This document shows, in pieces, positions 1-9,047 of a stretch of 64,000 nucleotides of DNA. This stretch comes from an uncultured Gemmataceae bacterium. GTDB taxonomy: Bacteria > Planctomycetota > Planctomycetia > Gemmatales > Gemmataceae. Position 1 is the stretch's first letter. The number at the start of each line of letters is the position of its first letter. The stretch covers positions 192,001-256,000 of the forward strand of contig CAVVPN010000003.1 in NCBI GenBank assembly GCA_963750165.1. The letters run 5' to 3'. A model generated the notes under the pieces. That model was not told the DNA's origin. It saw nothing but the letters and a program-made list of their open reading frames with translations, and made no database searches. A program made the position numbers and the translations under genes.

Positions 1-180
1 GGGGATGAGCTGTTTGAACGCCGGGTTCTGCTCCATCAGGCTGCGCGGCCGATAACTCAACTGGTCGGCGGCGAGCACTCGCGGCAGGTAGTGGGCCACG
101 TCCGGACTGAAGCCCTGGAACAGGCCCGCCGCGTGCAGCACCTGAGTCGGCACCACCAGCACCTGCTCTTCCTGGCTCAT
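1..180 (-). CDS. Predicted NUDIX-family phosphoesterase, N-terminal part (runs off window start)
   Basis: Own translation from ATG at 180: MSQEEQVLVVPTQVLHAAGLFQGF...RPRSLMEQNPAFKQLIP; ATGA overlap with stop of upstream gene. Confidence 0.65.
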   Translation of the reverse strand, partial: MSQEEQVLVVPTQVLHAAGLFQGFSPDVAHYLPRVLAADQLSYRPRSLMEQNPAFKQLIP

Positions 181-1280
181 GGCACGTCCTTCCGGCCGCG
201 GAACTTCTGCGAGGCGGCCCGCAGCATGGCCTCGGCCGTGATCGGGTCGCCCACGCCCACAATCCCGGCCACGGCGCTGGCCCGGTCCACACGCTGCTTA
301 TCCGTCAGCTGTGGCAATTTGGGCTCGGGCTCTTCCTGCTTCCGCGGCGACGGGTTGAGCAGGTTCATGCCGACCGCCAGCACCCCGATGACCACCAGCA
401 GCGTCACCGCCAGCCGCCAGGTGTCGTTCCAGCTGCGCCGCGCAAACAGCAGGTCCAGCTCCTGCTGGTCGCCCGCCTCGGCCGCGGTCTGCAACTGCAA
501 TTCGTAGCGGCCCTGCGGATAGTCCGCCGCCTGCTCCTCGCTGGTGTAGCCCGAGAACTGGCCGCGGTCGTTGCGCTCCAACTTCGGCACCACCAGGGCG
601 TCGAACTTCAGGGCGTTGCCGAACGCGAACGTCGCCGGCCACAGTTCGCCGCGCGTCGTGTTCGGCAGTAGCGTCCACAGCCCGCTGAGCAGGGCGTGGT
701 CCGGCTCGGGCCGCTCGAACACCAGTTTGCCGCCGTCCACCAGCACCTGCACGCCGCCGAGCAGGGCCGGGCTCTCGGCGTTGGCGACGGCGTGCGCCGC
801 CATCGCCGCCTCGTCCTCCGGGTCGATGCCCTCGGGCAGCGCCGCCGCCTTGACGCGCTGCAGCACGCGTTGCACCTGTGCCACCGTGCGCCGCGGCTGG
901 GCGTCGGACGCCACCGCCAGGGCGGCCAGCTCGCCGGTCAGATGCCAGGCCGGCGGGAACTGCTCGGCGAGGAAGAATGGGTCGCCGAGGCAGCGGACGT
1001 ACTCGGCGCGCTGCAGCGTCAGGACGTGAAAGCCGAGCGCCGGGGTGCCGTCGCCGGGCTGGTCGCCGACCTGAACCACGGCGACATGCTCCTTGCCGAG
1101 CGGCTGCGCGAACACTGCCCGCGGACAGCGGACGCCGGCGGGCCGGTCGCCGAAATCGGTCGCCAACCGCTGCGCCTCGGGCAGCCAGGCGTCGAGGAAA
1201 CCGGGCGAGCGGGCGAGCACTTCCGGCTGGCCGGCGCCGGCGCGGCGGAGGACCGCTTGTTGAATAGGGATGTCGGGCAT
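177..1280 (-). CDS. Hypothetical protein with one C-terminal TM helix; N-terminus resembles GAP1-N2-type domains
   Basis: 367 aa ORF; EVLARSPGF near N-terminus; hydrophobic LAVTLLVVIGVLAVGM; coupled to downstream gene. Confidence 0.6.
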   Translation of the reverse strand: MPDIPIQQAVLRRAGAGQPEVLARSPGFLDAWLPEAQRLATDFGDRPAGVRCPRAVFAQPLGKEHVAVVQVGDQPGDGTPALGFHVLTLQRAEYVRCLGDPFFLAEQFPPAWHLTGELAALAVASDAQPRRTVAQVQRVLQRVKAAALPEGIDPEDEAAMAAHAVANAESPALLGGVQVLVDGGKLVFERPEPDHALLSGLWTLLPNTTRGELWPATFAFGNALKFDALVVPKLERNDRGQFSGYTSEEQAADYPQGRYELQLQTAAEAGDQQELDLLFARRSWNDTWRLAVTLLVVIGVLAVGMNLLNPSPRKQEEPEPKLPQLTDKQRVDRASAVAGIVGVGDPITAEAMLRAASQKFRGRKDVP

Positions 1281-1404
1281 GCGCTGCGTCCTGGGAGGGT
1301 GATCGGGCGTGGTCTCGTCTGTCCGCCTATTTTATTGCCTTTGACCAGGACGGACCGCATATTGACTGCATCGCATGAGACGCCCGAAACGCAGAGGAGC
1401 AGAA

Positions 1405-1707
1405 ATGCACGCGCAGACCACACCCTCCCTGTTGTGGCACGGTCTCCTGACCGTGCCACAACAGGGAGGGTCGCAGTGCGCCAAGCCGCAAGCGGCAGAA
1501 CGATGGGTATTGCGTCCTCTCGCCTGGCTGCTGCTGGCGGGCTGGCTGCTGTTCGCGCACGGCTGCCACGGCGACGAGGACAACGAACTGTTCGCGCGGC
1601 TCAGTGCGGCACCCGCATCGGCCGCGGCGCCGGACACAGCATCAGCCCCTCGCGCATCCGTTCGATGGTTGCCGGGTCCATCGGCTGCCGCATCACCAGT
1701 TCGTTGA
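1405..1707 (+). CDS. Small membrane or lipoprotein with HGCHG-DED motif; contains an in-frame palindrome
   Basis: GAGGAG SD at 1394-1399, ATG 1405; LAWLLLAGWLLFAHGCHGDEDNELF; 3' end overlaps convergent gene by 107 bp. Confidence 0.45.
   Translation: MHAQTTPSLLWHGLLTVPQQGGSQCAKPQAAERWVLRPLAWLLLAGWLLFAHGCHGDEDNELFARLSAAPASAAAPDTASAPRASVRWLPGPSAAASPVR
1422..1471. repeat. Perfect 23-bp-stem palindrome (REP-like)
   Basis: ACCCTCCCTGTTGTGGCACGGTC-TCCT-GACCGTGCCACAACAGGGAGGGT. Confidence 0.9.
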
Positions 1708-2839
1708 TCCGAACCGCGGCGGTTTCATTGATCTTGCTCACGACTTCCCGATACGACTGCATGCGCGGGTCGGTGTCGCTGTCGAATCCCCCCAGGGTGA
1801 CAATGCTGCTGTACTGCGTGTGCAACACGAAAGCGTCCAGCGGGGGGGTCCGGCGCCGCAGGGCCTCCGCCAGCAGGTGTGCGTTCTGCGACGCGGCGTC
1901 CACGCGCAGCGACACTGCACCGATGCCGATGTTTTGCAGGAAGCCGCTGGTCTGCGCCCGCGACTGAATGACGCCCGGCATTGCGAAGGACTTGACCGCC
2001 AGGGTGAACGGCCGCGGGTTCTTGAACAGGCTGTACGGCTCGTCCTCGTTGAGCCGCCGCAGCAACGGCACGTCGAGCCGCTCCTGGTCGGATACGTGAT
2101 CCGCCGCCAGGGTGGGGTTGCGCACAAACATGGCGTTGGTGAACGGATCGACGTAGCCCTTGCACTCCCAGTCGCCCTTCTTCTTGTCCTGGACCACGAA
2201 CGCCTGAAAATACTTCGCCGGGCTCAACTGCTTGATCGCCGGCAGCGTCCGCAGCCGATCGCAAGCGCAAGGCGCCTCGTTGCGGCTGGCGTAGCCGCCG
2301 ATGAGTACGCCGTGCTCCACCTTGTAGCGTGTCATGCTGACGCGCACCGGCGGCTTGTGGATTTCCCCAGGCAGATTGTGTTCCTGCTTCAGTTTCTCGT
2401 ATTTGGCGTGCTCCGCCTCGATCACCCCGCGCACCCGCTCCAGTTCCTTGCGGCGTTCGTCCAGGCCGTAGTTGAAGGTGTAGGCGTTGGGCACGCCGCA
2501 CTTGTTGCGCAGGTCCAGAATCAGATCGCGGGCCAACTGGGCCATGTTGCGGTTTTCATCCTCCATGTAGCTGATGAGCAGGATCATCCACGGCCCCTGC
2601 TGGGGCGTCACCACGAGGTCGCGGTTGGGCTCCTCGGTCGGCACCTGCATCCAGGGGGCGATGTAACTCGGCCCCGGTTGCCGCTGCGTAATTTGCCCCC
2701 AGAGTTGTTGCTGCACCGAGCGCTGCGGCGTCCCGCTGCCGGGGGCCGTCGGCAGTTGGGCGCGCCCGTCGTCGGCGCTCAGGGCCAGGACCAGGCCGAC
2801 GCTCAGCAGACCGGCGGCCGTTACCAGCAGTTTGTTCAT
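1601..2839 (-). CDS. Secreted hypothetical protein
   Basis: 412 aa; signal peptide MNKLLVTAAGLLSVGLVLALSA; SD GGAGG upstream. Confidence 0.75.
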   Translation of the reverse strand: MNKLLVTAAGLLSVGLVLALSADDGRAQLPTAPGSGTPQRSVQQQLWGQITQRQPGPSYIAPWMQVPTEEPNRDLVVTPQQGPWMILLISYMEDENRNMAQLARDLILDLRNKCGVPNAYTFNYGLDERRKELERVRGVIEAEHAKYEKLKQEHNLPGEIHKPPVRVSMTRYKVEHGVLIGGYASRNEAPCACDRLRTLPAIKQLSPAKYFQAFVVQDKKKGDWECKGYVDPFTNAMFVRNPTLAADHVSDQERLDVPLLRRLNEDEPYSLFKNPRPFTLAVKSFAMPGVIQSRAQTSGFLQNIGIGAVSLRVDAASQNAHLLAEALRRRTPPLDAFVLHTQYSSIVTLGGFDSDTDPRMQSYREVVSKINETAAVRINELVMRQPMDPATIERMREGLMLCPAPRPMRVPH

Positions 2840-2937
2840 GGCTTCCGTGCCTCCCGCGCTGCGGCGCCGCCCGCGCTGGGGCCGCCGCCTGGTTCCGTCG
2901 TTGATGGAGAAAGGGCCTCATAACAGAAGCGTGCGCG

Positions 2938-3680
<743 letters not shown>

Positions 3681-3926
3681 TGGCGGGGCCTCCGGGGGCG
3701 GCGTCGGGTTGGTCGTCCTGGCCAGTGTACGCGCAGCGTTCGCCGGAACGAGGGGTAAGATAATTCGCCTCGACAGGAACACATCAACAAACTATCATCC
3801 GACCTCTTTACCTGAGTGCGGGTCAGGTGTTGGTGTCATTTCACGGGTTTTCTCGGGTCGTTCGCTCTCCCAGATCCACCCAGAGTGCCCCGTTCGCCAG
3901 GCTGTCAAAACTTCGGGGAGGTCGTA

Positions 3927-5078
3927 ATGGACTCACACAAGGGCCCGCTCGCCGTGGTCGCGCACGCGCTGCACCGGCACTTCCTGTGGCTGCTGTTGAT
4001 CGCCTACGCCGTCGCGGCGCTGCTGCCGGAACCCGGCCTGTGGTTGCGCGGACTGAATTGCGGCGAGGTGGGGTTGTTCGGCGAAACAGTGCAGCTGTCG
4101 CTGCCGGTAGCGCTGCTGGCGTTTCTGCTGTTCAGCACCGGGCTGACGGTGCAGTCGGGTCGCATGACGAGCCTGGTGCGCCGGCCGGCCATCCTGGCCG
4201 TCGGCCTGGCCGCCAACCTGGTGGTGCCCCTCGGCTTCCTGTTCGCGCTGGGGGTGCTGCTGCGCCTGTGGCCCAGCCCGGACGAGGCCCAGCAACTGCT
4301 CATCGGCCTGGGACTGGTCGCGGCCATGCCCATCGCCGGCTCTTCCGCGGCCTGGTCGCAGAAAACCGAGGGCGACACGGCGCTGAGTCTGGGCCTGGTC
4401 GTGTGCTCGACGCTGTTCAGCCCGCTGACGACGCCGCTGGCCCTGCATACGGTCGGCTGGCTGCTCGACGGCACCTACGCCGACCTGCTGCACCACCTGG
4501 CGTACAACGGCGCCGGCATGTTCCTGCTGCTGTGCGTGGCGCTGCCGTCGATGCTGGGCCTGGTGGGGCACAAGCTGGTGGGCGAGCCGCGCGTGCGGCC
4601 GTGGAAGCCGCCGCTCCAACTGGCCAACAGCCTGGTGCTGCTGACGCTGGTTTACTCCAACGCCGCGGTGTCGCTGCCGCGGGTGTTCACGCACGCCGGC
4701 TGGAGCTTCCTGGTGGGCATGCTGGTGGTGGTGATGACGCTGTGCATGGTGTGCTTCACAGCGGGCTGGTGGCTGGCGGCGGCGCTGCGGGCGGATCGGC
4801 CCCGGCAGGCGGCACTGATGTTCGGCCTGGGCATGAACAACAACGGCACCGGCCTGGTGCTGGCCGCCTCGGCCCTGGGAGGGCACCCGGAGGTGATGCT
4901 GCCTGTCATCTTCTACAACCTGGCCCAGCACCTGGTGGCGGCCGTCGCCGTCCAGGTGACCGGCAAGCCGGACGCACAGACCGTCCGCATGGTGCCGGTG
5001 CTGGCGACCACCGAGGTCCACCCGGCCCACGCCACGCTGGCCGCGCCGCACCGCCGGCAAACGCGGCCGGCGGCGTGA
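3927..5078 (+). CDS. Bile acid:sodium symporter (BASS) family transporter
   Basis: Multiple TM helices; AAMPIAGSS, STLFSPLTTP, GMNNNGTGL motifs; GGGGAGG SD. Confidence 0.85.
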   Translation: MDSHKGPLAVVAHALHRHFLWLLLIAYAVAALLPEPGLWLRGLNCGEVGLFGETVQLSLPVALLAFLLFSTGLTVQSGRMTSLVRRPAILAVGLAANLVVPLGFLFALGVLLRLWPSPDEAQQLLIGLGLVAAMPIAGSSAAWSQKTEGDTALSLGLVVCSTLFSPLTTPLALHTVGWLLDGTYADLLHHLAYNGAGMFLLLCVALPSMLGLVGHKLVGEPRVRPWKPPLQLANSLVLLTLVYSNAAVSLPRVFTHAGWSFLVGMLVVVMTLCMVCFTAGWWLAAALRADRPRQAALMFGLGMNNNGTGLVLAASALGGHPEVMLPVIFYNLAQHLVAAVAVQVTGKPDAQTVRMVPVLATTEVHPAHATLAAPHRRQTRPAA

Positions 5079-5161
5079 GACCGCGGCGAAATCCGCTGGC
5101 CACGGCCCGGCGGGGCGGGTAAACTTGCGGCACCTCTTCGACCACCACCACCGAGGGCGCC

Positions 5162-7102
5162 ATGTTTACCGCACCGCATCCGCTCGAGCCGCTCTCTGCT
5201 GCGGAAGTCCGCCTCGCCGTTGCTATCCTCCGCGACGTTGGCCGGGTCACTCCGACCACACGCTTCGTCTCGGTCAGCCTCCGGGAACCGCCGAAGGCCG
5301 TCGTTCACGGCGGCACGGCGGCAGGCGAGCGCCGGGCGTTCGCCGTCCTCTTCGACAACGCCGCCAACGCCTGTTACGAGGCCACGCTGTCGCTCACCGA
5401 GCGCCGGCTGCTCGACTGGAAGCATGTTCCCGGCGTGCAGCCGACGATGACCATCGACGAACAGGTCGAGTGCGAGCAGGCGGTCCTCGCCAGCCCGGAG
5501 TTCAAGGCGGCGCTGAAGCGGCAGTACGGCGTCGAGGACACGGCGCTCGTCATGGTCGATATCTGGAGCGCTGGCAATTACGGTGAGGCCGAAGAGAGCG
5601 CCCGCCGACTGGCGCGGCCGCTGTGCTTCCTGCGCAGCGACCCGACCGACAACGGCTATGCCCGGCCCATCGAGGGCATCCGCCCGGTGGTGGACCTGAA
5701 CGCCATGCAGGTGCTCCGCGTCGAGGAGTACGGCCACTGGCCGCTGCCGCCGCTGCCGGGCAACTACGCCGCCGACCGCGTGCCGAACCAGCGCACCGAC
5801 ATCAAACCCCTGGAAATCACGCAGCCGGAGGGGCCGAGCTTCCAGGTCGAGGGCTATCAGGTCCAGTGGCAGAACTGGCGTTTCGTGATCGGCTTCAACG
5901 CCCGCGAGGGGCTGACGCTGCACCACCTCCGCTACCAGGACGGCAGCCGCGAACGGTCGGTCCTGCACCGGGCGGCGCTGACGGAAATGGTGGTGCCCTA
6001 CGGCGACCCGGCGCCGACGCAGTTTCGCAAGAACGCCTTCGACGTGGGCGAGTACGGCATGGGGATGTGCGCCAACAGCCTGGAGCTGGGCTGCGACTGC
6101 CTCGGCCTGATCCGCTACTTCGACGCCCATCTGGTCGATAGTCGCGGCAACCCGCTGACGATCAAGAACGCCGTCTGCATGCATGAGGAGGACTTTGGCA
6201 TCCTCTGGAAGCACACCGACCGGCGGTTGCCCGACCGGCCCGAGGTGCGGCGCTCGCGGCGGCTCGTGATCTCCAGCGTGTCCACCGTCGAGAATTACGA
6301 ATACGGTTTTTTCTGGTACCTCTACCAGGACGGCAACATTCAGCTGGAGGTGAAGCTGACCGGTGTGCTGTCGCTTGGGGCGGTACAGCCCGGCGAGCGG
6401 CCGCGGCACGGGGCGCTGATCGCGCCGCAGCTGTACGCCCCGGTGCATCAGCACTTCTTCAACGTCCGGCTCGACTTCGCCCTGGACGGGACCGCCAACA
6501 CGGTGCAGCGCGTGGACGTGCTGCCGGACGAACCCGGCCCGGCCAACCCGCACGGCAACGCCTTCGCGGCGCGGGCCACGTCGCTGCAGACCGAGAAGCA
6601 GGCCCGCGATCACGTCAAGTTGGAGACCGCCCGCACCTGGCGCGTGGTCAACCCAAACGTGCTGAACGCGGTCGGCGAACCGGTGGCGTACAGGTTCATG
6701 CCGATGGACAACTCGCTGCCGATGGCGAGCGCCGACGCCTGGTGGCGGCGGCGGGCCGGCTTCGTGAACTATCACGTGTGGGTGACGCCGTTCGCCGAGG
6801 CCGAGCGCTTCGCCGCCGGCGACTACCCGAACCAGAGCCGCGGCGGCGACGGGCTGGTGAAGTGGACCGAGCAGGACCGGCCGATTGAGAACACGGAAGT
6901 GGTGTTCTGGTACACCTTCGGCCACACGCACGTGCCGCGGCCGGAAGACTACCCGGTGATGCCGGCCGCGTACACCGGGTTTCTGCTGAAGCCGAATGGG
7001 TTCTTCGCCATGAACCCGGCGAACGACCTGCCGCCGGCGCCGCGCAAGGCCGCGCAGGGGCTGCCGGTCGTGGCGGAGGGCAAGGGCGGTTGTTGCCATT
7101 GA
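5162..7102 (+). CDS. tynA: Copper/topaquinone primary-amine oxidase, no signal peptide
   Basis: HPLEPL start, EMVVPYGDP, AFDVGEYG (catalytic Asp), TVENYEY (TPQ consensus), HQH and THVPRPED copper ligands; ends GGCCH. Confidence 0.95.
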   Translation: MFTAPHPLEPLSAAEVRLAVAILRDVGRVTPTTRFVSVSLREPPKAVVHGGTAAGERRAFAVLFDNAANACYEATLSLTERRLLDWKHVPGVQPTMTIDEQVECEQAVLASPEFKAALKRQYGVEDTALVMVDIWSAGNYGEAEESARRLARPLCFLRSDPTDNGYARPIEGIRPVVDLNAMQVLRVEEYGHWPLPPLPGNYAADRVPNQRTDIKPLEITQPEGPSFQVEGYQVQWQNWRFVIGFNAREGLTLHHLRYQDGSRERSVLHRAALTEMVVPYGDPAPTQFRKNAFDVGEYGMGMCANSLELGCDCLGLIRYFDAHLVDSRGNPLTIKNAVCMHEEDFGILWKHTDRRLPDRPEVRRSRRLVISSVSTVENYEYGFFWYLYQDGNIQLEVKLTGVLSLGAVQPGERPRHGALIAPQLYAPVHQHFFNVRLDFALDGTANTVQRVDVLPDEPGPANPHGNAFAARATSLQTEKQARDHVKLETARTWRVVNPNVLNAVGEPVAYRFMPMDNSLPMASADAWWRRRAGFVNYHVWVTPFAEAERFAAGDYPNQSRGGDGLVKWTEQDRPIENTEVVFWYTFGHTHVPRPEDYPVMPAAYTGFLLKPNGFFAMNPANDLPPAPRKAAQGLPVVAEGKGGCCH

Positions 7103-7213
7103 GCGGGCGGCGGGCCGGCCGTCTTCACACCCAGTAATCAAGTGACCGGCGCGGGGATTCAGGGGACTGGCGCCGGTCTACACAATCCCTTGTTTGGCGG
7201 CAAGGAGGCTTTC

Positions 7214-7672
7214 ATGAAGACAAGGAGCGTCTGTATCCAGCTGCTTTTCGGCGGCTTCGTCGTCCTTTGGATGGCCGGCTGTGTGTCCCAGGCGGATCGG
7301 GACGCGGCCGCGTCGGACGCTCTGATGAAGGAGCAACAACTCCGAGACAGCAGCCCCAAGACAACCGTGTGGATTCACAATCGCACTGGGGAACCGATCT
7401 GCGAAGTCGGTATGAGCTGCAAATCGGTCGAGCGCGCGGACAAATCCAGATCGTATAGTACGTCCTGGACTCGGGAGACCACTGTCGAAAGGGAGCCCAG
7501 GGAAATTTGGAGCGAGAAGTACCCGGAGCCGCTCGTGCTCGAAACGCTAAGGGTGCGATTCGATAAGGGCGCAAGCTCCGAATACCAACTGAACCACCCC
7601 TGCCTACCGGGGGACAATGTGGTGCTGGTAATTGAGGGCGGCGGACGGGTGACGGTCAAGGCGAAAGAATAG
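7214..7672 (+). CDS. Hypothetical lipoprotein carried on an integron-type gene cassette
   Basis: AAGGAGG SD; lipobox WMAGC; visibly lower GC than flanks; attC directly after stop. Confidence 0.7.
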   Translation: MKTRSVCIQLLFGGFVVLWMAGCVSQADRDAAASDALMKEQQLRDSSPKTTVWIHNRTGEPICEVGMSCKSVERADKSRSYSTSWTRETTVEREPREIWSEKYPEPLVLETLRVRFDKGASSEYQLNHPCLPGDNVVLVIEGGGRVTVKAKE

Positions 7673-7674
7673 CC

Positions 7675-7774
7675 GCCGAACTAGCAGCTTCAGCGCACCG
7701 GCCACGCGAATGACGCCTCCTTGGAGGATACGTCAGTTTCCGCGTGAGCCGGCTGCCGAGCTAGGTCGTTCGGC
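7675..7774 (+). mobile_element. attC recombination site (solitary cassette about 7192-7768)
   Basis: GCCGAAC at 7675-7681 and GTTCGGC at 7768-7774 bounding a 100-bp imperfect palindrome; cassette 5' end GTTTGGCGGC (7192-7201) matches the reverse complement of GCCGCCGAAC (7672-7681) at 9/10. Confidence 0.75.
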
Positions 7775-7792
7775 GACGGCGATCTGGTATGC

Positions 7793-7927
7793 GCGCCGTT
7801 GCCCGAGATGCCGGTCTTCCTCACGGGCGAGAGTTATGTGTTGTGCCCGCTGGAATCCACCTATCAGCTGGCCTGGGAGCAGTTCCCGGCGCCGCTCAAG
7901 CGGCCCCTGGAGGCACCAGCCCCGTGA
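7793..7927 (+). pseudogene. C-terminal fragment of a DUF4058-family gene
   Basis: APLPEMPVFLTGESYVLCPLESTYQLAWEQFP aligns with the C-terminus of the next gene (ALPDMPLFLEPGLAVEVPLEATYNAAFAEVP); no start. Confidence 0.75.
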
Positions 7928-8007
7928 TTGTCAGGAGAGTCATGGAATGATCCGTCGGGTATCATCAACCAGGGTAATCTTTATCGGCCCATTCCGGGTG
8001 AATCGCC

Positions 8008-8760
8008 ATGCCTATCCAGGACTGGACGCGCGTCGGTGACGGCATCTTCCACGACTTTAACCACGCCTGGATTGAAGAACTGAAACGCACCTTGAACCGG
8101 GGCGGCTTGCCGCCTGACTACTACGCCCTGGCCGAACAATTCGCCGCCGGTTTCGGACCGGACGTGCTCACCCTTCAGGAAAACGACAACGGCACCCCCG
8201 CGGCCCCCGGCGGCCCTGGAAATGAGTCCGGCGGCAACCGCGTCCAGTTGGCCCCGCCGAAACTCCAACTCACCGGAGAGACGGAACGCGATCATCACCG
8301 CCGCAAGAAAAAGCATGTCGCCGTCCGCCACTCCAGCGGGGATAACATCATCGCCATCATCGAGGTGGTGTCGCCGGGCAACAAGGCCAGCCGTAATCCC
8401 CTGCGGGCGTTTGTCCAGAAGACGGCCGAGTTGCTTGAACAACACGTTCACCTGCTGATCCTCGACCTGTTGCCGCCTGGACGGCGCGACCCGCAGGGCA
8501 TCCACCGGGAAATCTGGGACGAGGTGGCCGGCGAGGAGTATGTGGCCCTCGCCGACAAGCCGTTGACCCTCGCCGCCTACGAGGCCAATCTCAGCGTGCG
8601 GGCTTACGTCGTCCACGTCGCGGTCGGGGACGCCCTGCCGGACATGCCGCTCTTTCTGGAACCGGGGCTGGCGGTTGAAGTGCCGCTGGAAGCGACCTAC
8701 AACGCCGCGTTCGCCGAGGTGCCGCAGCGCTGGCGGCGGGTGCTGGAAGGGCAGCGCTAA
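8008..8760 (+). CDS. DUF4058-family protein (Uma2-like nuclease fold)
   Basis: MPIQDWTRV-GIFHDFNHAW start; AIIEVVSPGNK; HLLILDLLPP; KPLTLAAY. Confidence 0.8.
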   Translation: MPIQDWTRVGDGIFHDFNHAWIEELKRTLNRGGLPPDYYALAEQFAAGFGPDVLTLQENDNGTPAAPGGPGNESGGNRVQLAPPKLQLTGETERDHHRRKKKHVAVRHSSGDNIIAIIEVVSPGNKASRNPLRAFVQKTAELLEQHVHLLILDLLPPGRRDPQGIHREIWDEVAGEEYVALADKPLTLAAYEANLSVRAYVVHVAVGDALPDMPLFLEPGLAVEVPLEATYNAAFAEVPQRWRRVLEGQR

Positions 8761-8801
8761 GCCGCAAGCGGCAGAAAAGACGGGGTGAGGCGTCGAGCTG
8801 T

Positions 8802-9047
8802 TCATCCGCCGCTCACCGGCGGCAGCACCGCCACCTCTGCCCCAGCGCTCAGCGGCAGCGCGTCCGCCGCAAACTCGCCGTCCACCGCCAGCGCACAGCG
8901 CGGCAGCAGCGCCGCCAGCGCCGGGCACGCCTCCACCAGCCGCCGGCGCAGGTCCGCCACCGTCGCGCCGTCGGACAGTTCCAGCGCCACCGTCTCGGAC
9001 CCGGCCAGGTCCCGGGCGCGGGCGAACAGCCGCACCTGCAACGTCAT
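8802..9047 (-). CDS. moaD: MoaD/ThiS sulfur-carrier protein
   Basis: MTLQVRLFARARDLAG...EVAVLPPVSGG with C-terminal GG; ATG at 9047 overlaps upstream stop. Confidence 0.9.
   Translation of the reverse strand: MTLQVRLFARARDLAGSETVALELSDGATVADLRRRLVEACPALAALLPRCALAVDGEFAADALPLSAGAEVAVLPPVSGG

Noticed and set aside
4913..7141. Long antisense ORFs (for example 4913-7141, 9323-12049, 30208-32670, 27523-29337)
   Set aside because: Shadow frames of real GC-rich genes, with no motifs.
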